From the NCBI GenBank assembly GCA_038087875.1, contig JAXLNO010000110.1:620001-684000 (forward strand): a DNA stretch of 64,000 bases, given 5' to 3'. Both the position numbers and the translations under genes were made by a program. How positions within the stretch are numbered: position 1 is the first letter of the stretch; every line of letters begins with the position of its first letter. Under the pieces are notes generated by a model. That model saw nothing but the letters and a program-made list of their open reading frames with translations. It was not told where the DNA came from and ran no database searches. This DNA is from Malacoraja senta. Its lineage: Eukaryota. This document shows, one piece after another, positions 1 through 13,628 of the stretch.

Positions 1-204
1 ATCTTGGAGAAAACCCACGCAAGTCACGGGGACAACGTGCAAACTCTGTACAGACAGCACCTGTAGTCGGGATCGAACCCGGGTCTCTGGCGCTGCATTC
101 GCTGTAAGGCAGCAACTCTACCGCTGCGCCACCGTGACCGGTACAGGAATCGCTGGTCGGCACGGACGCGGTAGGGCCCAAGGCCCTGTCTCCGCGCTGT
201 ATCT

Positions 205-610
205 CTAACGTAAAGAGTTGTGGGGGGAGCGGTCTCTGGGAAGTAAACAGAAGTGAGTGGTTGGTGGCGGGATCACCTTGAAGGTGGTGGAAATATTGGA
301 GAATGATGTGTTAGAGGCTGGTGGGGTGAAAGGTGAGGACCAGAGGAACTCTGTCCTTGTTCTATCTGGAGCAAGAGCTGAACGACAGGATACAGAAGGA
401 TTCACCTACTGTGGCAAGGGGGAAACCATGTTTACTAAAGAGGAGGTAGTGGATTATCCAAGAGGGGAATGCCGCATCTTGGGAGCAGATGCGGTTGAGA
501 CGGAGACATTGAGAGGAGGGGATGGCATCTTTATAAGAGGCAGGGTGGGAGGAGATGTAGTTAAGATGACTGTTGGAGATGGGTTTGTCGTAGATGTCAC
601 TCGATAATCT
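205..610 (-). mobile_element. Penelope-like element RT-to-endonuclease linker fragment
   Basis: The reverse strand encodes the SQFLRL.RICS and VPLVLTFHP-type segments also seen in the other Penelope fragments at 5185-5330 and 8814-8915. Confidence 0.6.
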
Positions 611-1879
611 GGCACAATCCTGCGGAATCTCTCTTGTTCTTTTGCTCCCTCACCCTTCCTGTCATGAACCAGATGACACGGGTTTAAGGTGAGAGGGGAA
701 AGATTGAATTGGAAACGGAGGGGTCATTTTTTCACACAGGGGTGGTGGGTGTATGGAACGGAGGAGGTAGTTGAGGCAGGGATTGCTGTAACGTTCAAGA
801 AACATTTAGACAGGTTTGGAGGGATATGGGCCAAACACAGGCAGGTGGGACTAGTGTCCACAGATGGGGCATGTTGGTCGGTGTGGGCAAGTTGGGCTGC
901 AGGGCCTGTTTCCACGCTGTGTCACACTATGACACAAAGTGTGTACTATACTCCGTGCAGCCTGACCAACCTGCAACCTGTGTAAGAAAGAACTGCAGAT
1001 GCTGGTTTAAATCGAAGGTAGACACAAAATGCTGGAGTAACTCAGCGGGTGAGGCAGCACCCATTCCTTCTCTCCAGAGATGCTGCCTCACCCGCTGAGT
1101 TACTCCAGCATTTTGTGTCTACCAACCTCCAACCTGGTCCATTGAGTTCCACGTGGCCTCCTCATGGCAAGACCATGCACGGACAGGTCAACCGATCGAT
1201 CGTCCGCCCACCTTCAGCATCTGATTGCAGCTTTTTTTAACTCACCTTCCCTTCCCACACCCATCTGTCTTGTCTAGAATCATGGAAGCTGGCCATTCGG
1301 CCCACTAAACCCAATGCCAACCAGAGGTAACCCATTGGTACCAGTTAGCCCATGGGCATTGTCCAGTGCCAGGAGCAGGCCGATGCAGGCTAGAACATCA
1401 TCTCTGCTTGGATAGACCCAATCCCACGGCATTAACATTGAATTCTCCAGTTCATTACTTGTCGCAGAATTAGTCCATTCGGCCCATCAAGTCTGTTCCG
1501 CCTTTCAATCATGGCTGATCTATCTTTCCCTCTCAACCCCATTCTCCTGCCTTCTCCCCGTAACCCCCGACACCCTTTCTACCAGTTCTAGGTAATCCCC
1601 CTCCCTTGGTTTCCTCCTTTTCCCTCCCACCGGCCTCTCTCTCCCCTCCCCCCCCCATCCCCCGTTCCTTCCCTTCCCCACCCCCCTCGTACCCCAACCT
1701 GGCTCCATCATCTGAGAGGGGCTCTCACCTGGGTCCAACTATCCCCGACCAACCCCTGCCCCACCTCTGCCTCTCAGGGTCATAGATACTCAGGTTTGCT
1801 TCTGCCATCCTAGTCCTTGGAGCAGGGCCCTGACCCGAAAAACAACGCTGACCCAACTGCCCCGTTCCATTAAAAAATG

Positions 1880-2348
1880 CCCAGTGTTACACACACAGAC
1901 AGACCCGCCCCCACCGGTACTGTACCCCAGTGTTACACCCACAGACAGACCTGTCCCCACCAGTACTGTACCCCAGTGTTACACAGACCCGTCCCCACCG
2001 GTACTGTACCCCAGTGTTACACACACAGACCCGCCCCCACCAGTACTGTACCCCAGTGTTACACAGACAGACCCATCCCCACCGGTACTGTACCCCAGTG
2101 TTACACACACAGACCTGCCCCCACCAGTACTGTACCCCAGTGTTACACACACAGACCTGCCCCCACCAGTACTGTACCCCAGTGTTACACACACAGACCT
2201 GCCCCCACCAGTACTGTACCCCAGTGTTACACACACAGACCTGCCCCCACCAGTACTGTACCCCAGTGTTACACACACAGACAGACCCGTCCCCACCGGT
2301 ACTGTACCCCAGTGTTACACACACACACACAGACCCGCCCCCACCGGT
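1880..2348. repeat. Minisatellite, about 42-bp unit, about 11 copies
   Basis: Unit CCCAGTGTTACACACACAGACCTGCCCCCACCAGTACTGTAC. Confidence 0.95.
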
Positions 2349-3466
2349 TTTACTTACTCCAGTTTTACATACAGCACGGAAACAGGCCTTTCGGCCCAAC
2401 CCCTCCGTGCCAACCAAGATGTCCAATCTCTGCTAATCGCATTTGGTCCACGTGCCCCTAACAATTTCCTATCGATGTACCTGTCCAAGTGTGTTTTAAA
2501 TGGTGTACTAGTCCCAGCCTCAACAACCTCCTCTGGCAGCTCGTTCCATACACCCACCACCCTCTGTGTGAACACATTGCCCCTCAGGTTCCTATTAAAT
2601 CTTTCCCCCCTCACCTTAAACCCATGCCCTCGGGTTCTCGATTCCCCTACTCTGGGTAAAAGACTTTATGCATTCACCCGATCTATTCCCCTCATGATTT
2701 TGTGCACCTCCATAATATCAAAGGAATAGAGTCCCAGCCTGCCCAACCTGCCCAACCTCTCCCTGCAGCCCAGGCCCTCGAATCCTGGCAACATCCTCGT
2801 AAATCTTCTCTGCAGACTTTCCAGCTTCCCAGTGCAGGGTGACCAAAACCGAACACAAAATTCCAAGTGCAACCTCTTGTATCTCTCAACTACGATATTC
2901 AATCCTACCAGGGTGGCTCGGTGGCACAGCGGTGGAGTTGCTGCCTCACAGCGTCAGGTACCTCGGGTTCCATCCTGACTACGGGTGCTGTCTGTGCGGA
3001 GTTTGTACGTTCTCCCCGTGACCACGTGCATTTCCTTCAGGTGCTCCAGTTTCCTCCACGTAGGTTCATTGGCTTCTGTAAATTGTCCCGAGTGTGTAGG
3101 ATAGTGTTAGTGTGATCGCTGGTTGGCTCAGACTCAGTCGGCCGAAGCGCCTGTCTCTGAGCTGTATCCTTAAAGTCTAATTTCAAGACGTTTAACAGCG
3201 TAGATGTACAGAAGAATCTTGGGGTCTAAGTCGGAAGGAAGGCATACGTTAAGCTTCCCTTCATTGGTTTGTAGGTTGATTGGCTTTGGTATTAATTGTA
3301 AAATTGTTCCGTGTGTAGGATAGTGCTCGTGTACGGGGATCGCTGGTTGGCGCAGTCTCGGTGGGTCGAAGGGCCTGTTTCCATGCTGTAGCTCTAAATT
3401 AAAGCCCACTCCCTATCTCTTTCTCTGCTGCATAGACACCTGCAAATCGACTGCCTCCTGTTCCTA

Positions 3467-3700
3467 TGCAGGGGTAGGCAGCAGTAGGCAGTGGCAGTGG
3501 CAGGCCACAGCAGGGGTAGGCAGCAGTAGGCAGTGGCAGCGGCAGGCCACAGCAGGGGTAGGCAGCAGTAGGCAGTAGGCAGCGGCAGGCCACAGCAGGG
3601 GTAGGCAGCGGTAGGCAGTAGGCAGCGGCAGGCCACAGCAGGGGTAGGCAGCGGTAGGGCTACAGCAGTGGTAGCCCACGGCAGCGGTAGGCGACGGCAG
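3467..3700. repeat. Minisatellite, about 42-bp unit built from GGCAG/TAGGCAG subunits
   Basis: GCAGGGGTAGGCAGCAGTAGGCAGTGGCAGCGGCAGGCCACA repeated about 5 times. Confidence 0.9.
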
Positions 3701-3887
3701 CGCTCCCCCCTCCCCACCAGCCAGCCCCCGCCTGAAGCCGTCCCCGTCCCCGTCCACTGGGTACAGAACTCTCCCGCCGGCCTCCGCCTGAGCCATCCCC
3801 GTCCCCAGCTGCAGGACACTTCCCCCTCCCACCAGCCCCTGCCTAAAGTCCCCCGGCTGCTGGACGCTCCCCCCCCCCGGCAAAGAC

Positions 3888-4350
3888 ATGGAACAACGTG
3901 ATGCCAACTTGAAGAAGGTGCTCGAGCATGCCAGGGAAGTGAACTTAAAACTGAATCTCCCAAATTGTCAGTTCCGTGTTAACCAGGTGAGCTACGTGGG
4001 GCATATTTTCACGGCTGATGGTCTCAAGGCGGATCCTTCTAAGACTGTGGCTGTTAGCGAACTGTCCATGTCCACTGATGTTGCAGGCCTGCAGAGATTT
4101 CTGGGCATGGTTAATTACCTCGGGAAAGTCGTTCCCAACTTTGCCGAGATCTCGGCTCCCTTGAGGCAACAAGGACACTGCCTGAACATGGCACGAACAG
4201 CAGCAACATGGTTTTGACACTGTAAAGCGTCAGATTCATTACGATGTCAATAAACCTGTTACTTTGACCTGTGATGCATCGCAGTACGGCCTTGGTGCAG
4301 CATGTCTGCAGGATGTTGCTTATGCCTCCAGGACAATGACAGACATGGAT
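3888..4350 (+). mobile_element. Ty3/Gypsy LTR-retrotransposon pol fragment (RT C-terminus to RNase H N-terminus)
   Basis: LKLN..CQF....V.YVGH.F...G...DP.K, LQRFLGMVNYL, then YDVNKPVTLTCDASQYGLGA.CLQ and VAYASR. No LTRs seen. Confidence 0.88.
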
Positions 4351-6504
4351 CTAATCAGCATTACTGTTTGATCTACACCCCCCCCCCCCTCCCCCGGCCT
4401 CCGACAGCCTGCTCCTGAAGCCGTCCCCCCTCCCCCGCTGCAGGATGTCCCCCCCTCCCACCGGCCCCCGCCTGAAGCAGTCCCGCCCCAGCTGCAGGAT
4501 GCTCCCCCCGGCCTGAAGCCGTCCCCGTCCCCAGCTGCAGGTCCCTGAGTTGGGGACGGGCGGCTTCAGGCGGGGGCCAGTGAGGGGGGGGGGTGGTAGC
4601 GTCCTGCACCGGGGGAGGTGGACAGCTTCAGGAGGGGGCTGTCGGGGTCCCGGGAGCATCTTACAGCGGTAGACCACGGCTGCACTCCCCCCCCCCCCGA
4701 CAGGCCCCCTCTGAAGCCGTCCCCCCTCCCCTAGCTGCAGGACACTCCACCCTCTCCCACCGGCCCCCGCCTGAAGCCGTGCCCTTCCCCCGCCTGCAAG
4801 TGCTCCACCCCACCAGCCCCCGACAGCCCCCGCCTGAAGCCGCCCCCTCCCCTGACTGCTGAATGTAACAAGAGATGCAACAAGAAAGAATGGACTGAAT
4901 AAATCTCATCTTTAACGTTTAAATTGTTGTTATGTTTTAAGAGTTATTCACATTTAAAGCTTTAATAAATGTGGGGGGGGGGGGAAGGGCAAGGGGCGGA
5001 GTTGCGGGGGGAGGGGAGGGTGGGAGGGGAGCATCAGGGGCATTACCACGGGAACCCGTCAGCCAAGCCTGCGCAGTTAGGGGCTATGGGTGAGTGGTGG
5101 AATATTGCATTGGGGAATGGGTTGCGTTGGAGGACCAGGCCTCCCATGTGACTAGGACCCAACGGGTCCCACTCAGTCTAGTACTATCTATTTCTTTGTC
5201 TCCACCACATCTGCTCCCTGGATGAAGCTTTCCCATCTAGGACATCTGAGATGTCCTCTTTCTTCAGTAAACATGGCCTCCCCCTGCTGACTTAGATGGG
5301 TCCCTCATCCGGGTCTCCTCTGTGTTCGAAGAGAGACCCAAAATGCTGGAGTAACCCAGCGCGTCAGACATCATCTCGGGAGAAAAGGAATAGGTGACGT
5401 TTCGTGTTGAGATCTTCTTCAGACTGAGAGTCAGGGGAAAGGGAAACGAGAGATATAGACGGCGATGTAGGGAGATTAAGAACAAATTAATGAAAGATCA
5501 TAATCATACTTTATTAGCCAAGTATGTTTTGCAACATACAAGGAATTTGAGTCATACCAATAAAAAAGCAACAAAACACACAAAATACATTTTAACATGA
5601 ACATCCACCACAGTGACTCCTCCACATTCCTCACTGTGATGGAAGGGGAAAAATCGTTCAATCTCTTCCCTTCTTTGTTCTCCCGCAGTCGCGGGGCCTC
5701 GAGCCTTCCGTTGACGGGACGATCTTGGCTCCCGTAGCCTGCGGTCGGGCCCTCCGCGTCGGGGGCGATCAAGCTCCTGCATCGGGGGGATCTCAGCTCC
5801 CCCGCGCCGGGCGATCTGACCCCGTGTCGGGGCTGGTCGAAACCTTCTGCGTCGTTTGGAGCTTCCTGACATCGGTCTCTACCCGAGTCTGCGAGCTCCT
5901 CGATGGTGAAATCCAACAGGCATGGATCGGCTCCGATGGCAAGCACACGTCCCCGCGGTGGGGCTCAAAGTCAGTCCCGAGCAAGGCCTCCAGCTCCATG
6001 ATGTTAGGCCGCAGAACGACTGGAGATACGACCCGGAAAACAATCGCATCTCCGGCAAGGTACGGGATTGAAAAAAAAGTTTCCCCCTGAAAAAAAAAGC
6101 AAAAATGTGACGATAATAAAGGAAACAGGCCATTGTTAGCTGTGTACTGGGTGAGAACGAGTACAGACAATGAGACTCAACAAGACAACTTTAAAGCTGG
6201 TGCAACACGGGTGGGGGTGGAATGGAGAGAGAGGGAATGCCGGGGTTACTTGAAGTTAGAGAAATCAATATTCATACCACTGGGTTGTGAACTCCCAAGC
6301 AAAATTTAAGATGCTGTTCCTTCAATTTGCGTTTAACCTCACTCTGCCAGTGGAGGTGGCCTAGGGGAATGGGTAGGGGAATTAAAGTGTGTAGGAAGGA
6401 ACTGCAGATGCTGGTTTAAACCGAAGATAGACACAAAAAGCTAGAGTAACTCAGCGGGACGGGCAGCATCTCTGGAGAGAAGGAATGGGTAACGTTTTGG
6501 GTCA

Positions 6505-8150
6505 ATAGACAATAGGTGCAGGAGTAGGCCATTTGGCCCTTCGAGCCAGCACCGCCATTCAATGTGATCATGGCTGTTCATCCCCAATCAGTACCCCGTT
6601 CCTGCCTTCTCCCCATATCCCCTGATCCGCTAGAGCCCTATCTAGCTCTCTCTTGAAAGCATCCAGAGAACCTGCCTCCACCGCCCTCTGAGGCAGAGAA
6701 TTCCACAGACTCACCACTCTCTGTGAGAAAAAGTGTTTCCTCGTCTCCGTTCTAAATGGCTTACTCCTTATTCTTAAACTGTGGCCCCTGGTTCTGGACT
6801 CCCCCAACATCGGGAACATGTTTCCTGCCTCTAGATTGTCCAAACCCTTAACAATCTTATATGTTTCAATGAGATCTCCTTTCATCCTTCTAAACTCCAG
6901 AGTGTACAAGCCCAGCTGCTCCATTCTCTCAGCATATGACAGTCCCGCCATCCCGGGAATTAACCTTGTAAACCTACACTGCTCTCCCTCAATAGCAAGA
7001 ATGTCCATCCTCAAATTAGGGGACCAAAACTGCACACAATCCTCCAGGTGTGGTCTCACTAGGGCTCTGTACAACTGCAGAAGGACCTCTTTGCTTCTAT
7101 ATTTGATTCCTCTTGTTATAAAGGCCAACATGCCATTCGCTTTCGTCACTGCCTGTTATACCTGCATGCTTACTTTCATAGACTGATGTACAAGGACCCC
7201 CAGATCCCGTTGTACTTCCCATTTTCCAACTTGATGCCATTTAGATAGTAATCTGCCTTCCTGTTTTTGCTACCAAAGTGGATAACCTCACATTTATCCG
7301 CATTAAACTTCATCTGCCATGCATCTGTCCACTCCCCCGACCTGTCCAAGTCACCCTGCATTCTCATAGCATCCTCACAGTTCACACTGCCACCCAGCTT
7401 TGTGTCATCTGCAAATTTGCTCATGTTACTTTGAATCCCTTCATCCAAATCATTGATGTATATTGTAAATAGCTGCGGTCCCAGCACCAAGCCTTGCGGT
7501 ACCCCACTAGTCACTGCCTGCCATTCTGAAAGTTACCCGTTAATCCCTACTCTTTGTTTCCTGTCTGCCAACCACTTCTCTATCCATGTCAGCACTCTAC
7601 CCCCAATACTATGTGCCCTAATTTTGCCCACTAATCTCCTATGTGGGAACTTATCAAATGCTTTCTGAAAGTCCAGGTACACCACATCCACTGGCTCTTC
7701 CTTGTCCATTTTCCTTACATCTTCAAAAAATTCCAGAAGATTAGTCAAGCATGATTTCCCCTTCGTAAATCCATGCTGACTCGGACCGATCCTGTTGCTG
7801 CTATCCAAAATGTTCGGCTATCTAATCTTTTATAATTGACTCCAGCATCTTCCCCACCACCGATGTCAGGCTAACTGGTTTATAATTCCCTGTTTTCTCT
7901 CTCCTGCCTTTCTTAAAAAGTGGGGATAACATTTCAATCCACAGGAACTGATCCTGAGTCTATAGAACATTGGAAAATTTTCACCAATGCATCCACGATT
8001 TCTAGAGCCACTTCCTTAAGTACCCTGGGATGCAGACCATCAGGCCCTGGGGATTTATCAGCCTTCAGTCCCATCAGACTATCCAACACCATTTCCTGCC
8101 TATTGTGGATTTCCTTCAGTTCCTCCGTCACCCCAGATCCTCTGGTCAAG
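6505..8150 (-). mobile_element. CR1-clade LINE (HER1-like) ORF2 3' portion and 3' UTR, decayed
   Basis: KSPGPDGLHPRVLKE, QHGFTKGKSCLTNL, DFQKAFDK, GVPQG, FADDTK, LVRPHLE.CVQFWSP, TRGHSLRI. Confidence 0.95.
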
Positions 8151-8229
8151 ACCCTTCCTCAGACCTCTCAAAATTGAAGTGTTTGGCAACCGGGAGATCA
8201 GGTAGGTCCAGGAGGACTGTCCCACAGTT

Positions 8230-8780
8230 AAATGAATGAATACGTTTATTGGCCAAGTATGTTCACATACAAGGAATTTGCCTTGGTGCTCCGCTCGCAA
8301 GTGACAACATACAGTAAACAATTTAGAATGACACATAAAACATTAATAATAAAACATTATCGATTAAACATGTGAATTAAATAAAATACCAGAGCTAAAG
8401 GAGGCTACAGATTTTTGGTTATTGAGTAGAGCTATTACTCGAGGAAAAAAAGCTGTTTTTATGTCTGGCTCTGGCGGGCTTTGACAGTCTTCAGAGGGAA
8501 ATGATTCAAAGAGTTTGTGGTCAGGGTGAGAGGGGTCAAAGATGATCTTACCCGCTCGCTTCCTGGCCCTTGCTATGTACAGTTCGTCAATGGAGGGAAA
8601 GTTGCAGCCAACAATCTTCTCAGCTGATTGGACGATACGCTGCAGCCTCCAGGTGTCGTGCTTGGTGGCTGAGCCAAACCAGACCATGATGGAGATGGAG
8701 AGGACAGATTCTACGATGGCCGTGTAGAATTGGACCATCCTTGCCTGTGACAGATTGTGTTTCCTCAGCTGCCGCAGGAA
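8230..8780 (-). mobile_element. Rex1/Babar-like LINE 3' fragment
   Basis: FYTAIVESVLS.SI.VWFG...LQRIV.SAEKIVG...DPSHP.H.LF. It ends in AATAAA and an (ATTC)n tail. Related pieces are at about 42170-42760 and 59910-60245. Confidence 0.8.
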
Positions 8781-9244
8781 GTTCGTCTATTGCGCCTTTT
8801 TGACTCCCCCTCCCTCCAGACGGGACGAGGATGGAGTTCCCCTGGTCCTCACCTTTCACCCCAGCAGCCTCCGCATCCAACGCATCATCTTCCGACCTTT
8901 CCACCACCTTCAACTGTCTGAAGAAGGTCTCGACTCAAAACGTCACCCATTTCTTCTCTCCAGAGATGCTGCCTGTCCCGCTGAGTTACTCCAGCTTTTT
9001 GTGTCTATCTTCACCCAACTGTTAGTCAGATCTTCACACTCCCACCCTTTTGCATTCTCTGCAGAAACCATTCCCATTACAACTTATGTCGTAAGGAACT
9101 GCAGATGCTGGTTTGCACTGAAGAGACGCAAAAAGCTGGAGTAATGCTCGAGTCTGAAGAAGGCTGTCGACCCGAAACCTCACTTATTCCTTTTCCCCAG
9201 AGATGCTGCCTGACCGCTGAGTTACTCCAGCGCATTGTGTCTAC

Positions 9245-9690
9245 TCTCCACAACTCCTTTCGTTCACTCATCCACTCCCACCCAATCCACCCCCTCCCCA
9301 GGCACTTTCCCCTGCAACCGCAGATGCTACACCTGTCCCTACACCACCTCCCTCACCTCCATCCAGGGACCCCAGCAGCTACTCCAGGTGAGCCAGAGGT
9401 CCACGTGCACCTCCTCTAACCTCATCTACTGCATCCGGTGTTCCCGATGTGAACTCCGGTACCTCGGCGGCACCAAGCGTAGACTTGGCGACTGTTTCAC
9501 CGGACATTTGCGCTCGGTCCGCCAAGGCCTGCTGGATCTCCCGGTTGTTAACCATTTTAACCCCGCTTCCCATTCCTACACTGACCTTACTGCCCTGGGC
9601 CTCCTCCATTACCCGAGTGAGACCACACCAAAACTGCAGGAACACAACCTCATATTTCCGCTCGGGTAGCTTGCAACCCAGCGGTACGTA
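9245..9690 (+). mobile_element. Penelope-like element GIY-YIG endonuclease fragment
   Basis: PGTFPCNRRCYTC...TCTSSNLIYCIRCSRC..YLG.TKRRLGD.F..HL. Confidence 0.85.
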
Positions 9691-11992
9691 AATTGTCTGA
9701 AGGGTTTCGACCCGAAACGTTGCCTATTTCCTTCGCTCCATAGATGCTGCCTCACCTGCTGAGTTCTCTCAGCATTTTTGTCTACCTTCGATTTTCCAGC
9801 ATCTGCAGTTCCTTCTTAAACAGAATGTAAATTGAATTCCCACTCATTTATGATTAATCTGACCCCCACCACCCCACCCACACCAGTGCACCCCCATTTC
9901 TCCCACCCACTAATTATCCTTGCTCATTGATAGGATTGGGAGGATGTGGGCCAAATGGGACTAGCTTAGACAGGCCTTCTTAGTGTGGATGATTGAGTTG
10001 GGCGAAAGGGCCCATTCCGTATTCTATGATCATGACTCTAAATGCGGCCTAATCAAAGTCCTATGAGGCTGTAACATAACCTGACTCTTATACTCAATGC
10101 CCCGACCAATGAAGGCACGCAAACCCTGTGCCTTTTTGACCTCCGTTTGTTTAGTTTAGTTGAGATAAATCGTGGGAAACAGGCCCATCGTCCCACTGAG
10201 TCCTCGTTAACCATCGATCACTCCGTTCAATGTTATCACACTTGTGCATCCTACACACTAGGGGCAATTTAACCCACAAACATGCACGTCTTGGGAATGT
10301 GGGAGGAAAGCGGAGAAGAACTACATGCGGTCACAGGGAGAACGTACACACTCCACACAGGCAGCACCCGAGGATTGAACCTGGATCTCTGGCGCTGTGA
10401 GCCCATTGCTGCTCCACCGTGTCACCCTTGTTGTGCCACTTCCTGGCAGTTATGGACTTGGACCCAAGCTCCCCATACATCAATGGTCTTAAAGGGTCAG
10501 GGCATTAACTGTATATGCTCCCCTTACAGTCGAACTCCCAAAGTGCAAAACCTCACATGCCCCTTGAAGTCCTCTTCCCAGTTGTAAACAGTATCTGCCA
10601 CCTCACCGCCCACTCTGGTAACGGATCTATCTCCCACTGTATCTTTGACAAGCAACGCGTGGCATGGTGGCGCAGTGGTAGAGTTCGTGCATTGCAATGC
10701 TTTCAGCACCAAAGCCCTGGGGTCGATCCAGACTACGGGGTGCTGTATTTACGGAGTTTATAGGTTCTCCCCATGTGGGATTTTCCGAGATCTTCGGTTT
10801 CCTCCCACACTCCAAAGACGTGCAGGTATGTAGGTTAATTGGCTTGGTTTAATTTGTCCCTAGTGTGTGCAGGACAGTGTTAATGTGCCGGCCCCGTGCT
10901 GTGGAAATGAGGGCTATGATTAGTGACCCATACTTCTTGATTAGTACGGGTGTCAGAGGTTAAGGGGAGAAGGCAGGAGAATGGGGATGAGGGTGGGGAG
11001 AGATAGGTCAGCCATGATTGAATGGCGGAGTAGACTTGATGGACCAAATGACCTGATTCTGCTCCTATCACTTATGAATGAATTGCACAGATTCACCACC
11101 CCACTGACTTAAGACATTTCTCCTCATTTCCTTTCTAAAGGTACGTCCTTTAATTCGGAGGCTACAACCTCTGGTCCTAGACTCTCCCCACCAGTGGCAA
11201 CGTCCTCTCCACATAATAATAATAATAAATTTTATTTAAGGGCGCCTATACAAAAGTCTCAAGGACACCTTACAAAATTTAACAAGAGAAACATATAATC
11301 AGAGTAAAATAAGTTATAAAGACATCACCAATACATAAATTAAAGACAGAAATTCGATCCAAAAAAATTCAGAAACACAATGATCCAGGCCTTTCACTAT
11401 TGGGTAAGTTTCATTGAGGTCACCCTCATCCTTATAAACTCCGGCAAGCACAGGCCCAGTGCTGTCAAATGGACAGTGGACAGCAACTGCATTGTCCTAG
11501 TCTGTATTTTCAGCATTATAAGTACAGGAATACAAAAACTGTCCTTCATCCGTATATCTGATACATGGTCCAATTTGCCGGGGCCTAGTTTGAGTGCAGG
11601 GATCTTGGAGTCCAGAGTCGTAGAGCCAGTCCTGGCCCCGAGGTATCTGTGTGTCTCAGGCCCCATCCGACAGTCCAGGGGCCCCATCCAACAGTCCAGG
11701 GCCCCCATCCGACAATCCTGGGGCCCTCAACCGCCAGTCCAGGGGCCCCATCTGACAGTCCAGGGGCCCCATCCGAATCAGCTGAGTCTGGGGACCGAGG
11801 GAGGCGGATATAGACACAAAATGCTGGAGTAACTCAGCGGGACAGGCAGCATCTCGTTTTGAGTCGAGACCCTTCTTCAGACAGTTGAAGGTGGTGGAAA
11901 GGTCGGAAGATGATGCGTTGGATGCGGAGGCTGCTGGGTGAAAGGTGAGGACCAGGGGAACTCCATCCTCGTCCCGTCTGGAGAGAAGGAAT

Positions 11993-12030
11993 GGGTGACG
12001 TTTCGGGTCGAGACCCTTCCTCAGACTGAT
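11993..12030 (-). ncRNA. Minimal type-I hammerhead ribozyme motif
   Basis: The reverse strand reads AUCAGU-CUGAGGA-A-GGGU-CUCG-ACCC-GAAAC-GUC-ACCC, with a GUC triplet. It lies at the end of a Penelope 3' fragment (12030-12390, - strand). Confidence 0.7.
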
Positions 12031-13628
12031 GTCAGGGGAAGTGGGCGGGTACAGAGATAAAATGTTGTCGGAGACAGTAAGACTGGTCGGAGAACTAGGA
12101 AGGGGGAAATGGAGAGAGAGGGAACAAGGGTGACTTGTACTTAGAGAGGTCAATGTTCATACCACTGGGGTGTAAGCTGCCCAAGTGAAATATGAGATGC
12201 TGTTCCTCCAATTTGCGCTGAGTCTCACTCTGACAATGGAGGAGACCCAGGACAGAAAGGTAGGTGCGGGAATGGGAGGGGGGAGTTCAAGTGTTGAGCA
12301 ACTGGGAGAATCAGGTAGGTTTAGGCGGACTGAGCGGAGGTGTTCAGCGAAACGACGATCGCCGAGCCTGCGCTTGGTCTCGCCGATATACAGGAGGACG
12401 GAGGGAGCTGTGTGTCCAGAGGCCTGGCCCTGGGATATTCATGATTAGTGCGGGTGTCAGGGGTTATGGGGAGAAGGCAGGAGAATGGGGTTAGGGAGAG
12501 ATAGATCAGCCATGATTGTATGGAGGAGTAAACTTGATGGCCGAATAGCCTAATTCTGCTCCTATCACATGACATGGTATCCATGTACCCTGCGACCCCC
12601 CTCCTGAGCAGCGGTGGGGGTGGGTGAGGGGGAGTGTGTCCGTGCTCGAATCTTGGCCCGAGTAGTTGGGGAGCGAGTGGCCTCTGTTCAAGCAAGAAAG
12701 CCTGTCCTGGCCTTGAACGGCCATTTTGGTGGCCCCTGTCTCTAGGTAAGGGAAGAGTTGCGGTGCAGATGTTTCTGGGGTGCGAGGAGCTCTGTGGGTG
12801 CCAGGTATTCGAGTCCAGTTTCCCACAGGCGATGTCCATGGAGCTACGGCTGTGGTGGGGGGGGGGGGGGGGGGAGAACGCCTCATGTCTGTGCCCCACA
12901 GCCGAGGATACCGGACCTGGTGTGCGGGGGGGATGTGGCCCCTTCACTCGGGCTGGCCGGTAAAGATGCAGATGCTTCATCCTCTTCAGTCCGTACGGAG
13001 ACTGCAAGCCCCACACACCCAGGTGACGGAGCCCTCACTGGGGTGTCTGAAGCCACTGCTACCCGGGCTCGCTTCGCTCGGGCCGAGCCTCCATGGTGGT
13101 CCCTGGGCTTCCAATGGGTTGATGAGTCCCTCACGGACTGGGCCTCCACTGATGGTCTGGTGCCGATGTTCTCCAGAGGCCTCACTCGGGCCTGGTCTCC
13201 GCGCGATGGTCTCTCACAGGCCACTCACCCGGGCGGAGGCACCTCTGTTCCCTGGGGCCCTTGTCACTGGGGCCGGCCGTGCATGTCCCTCACTCAGGCC
13301 GGCCGACAGTCCGGATGTTCACTGGGGTTGTCATCACTCGGCGGGCCGGGACCGCAATGGGTCGGTGGGCTCCTCACGGTCCAGGTCTCTCACTGGGGGG
13401 GGGCGGACGACGAAGGTGCTTCTGTCCCCGGGGCCTCTCCTCACTCGGGCCAGGGCCTGCCGGCGGTGTGTGGATGTTCCCCAGGGATCTGTGATCACTT
13501 GGGCCAGGCCTGCTCTTGGTCGGCGGGCCCCTCAAGGGCCGGGCCTCCCCCGCTGGGGGCCCCGGGCCCCTCCTTACTCGGGCTGGCCTGTGGTGTGGAT
13601 GCTCCCCGGGGGGGCCCCGGGCCCCTCT

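Larger units (their letters stand above)
3416..5181 (+). mobile_element. Putative non-autonomous Helitron containing tandem repeats and a Gypsy fragment
   Basis: 3' end is the hairpin GGACCC-AAC-GGGTCC, a short spacer, then CTAG|T at 5178-5182. Candidate 5' end is A|TC at 3415-3417. No TSD. The 5' boundary is uncertain. Confidence 0.55.

Noticed and set aside
1877..2729. Long ORFs in several frames (194, 281 and 179 aa) with repeated Cys/Pro/Thr peptides; superficially array-like
   Set aside because: They come from a 42-bp stop-free minisatellite running into a CR1 fragment. The units have no unique spacers, so this is not CRISPR.
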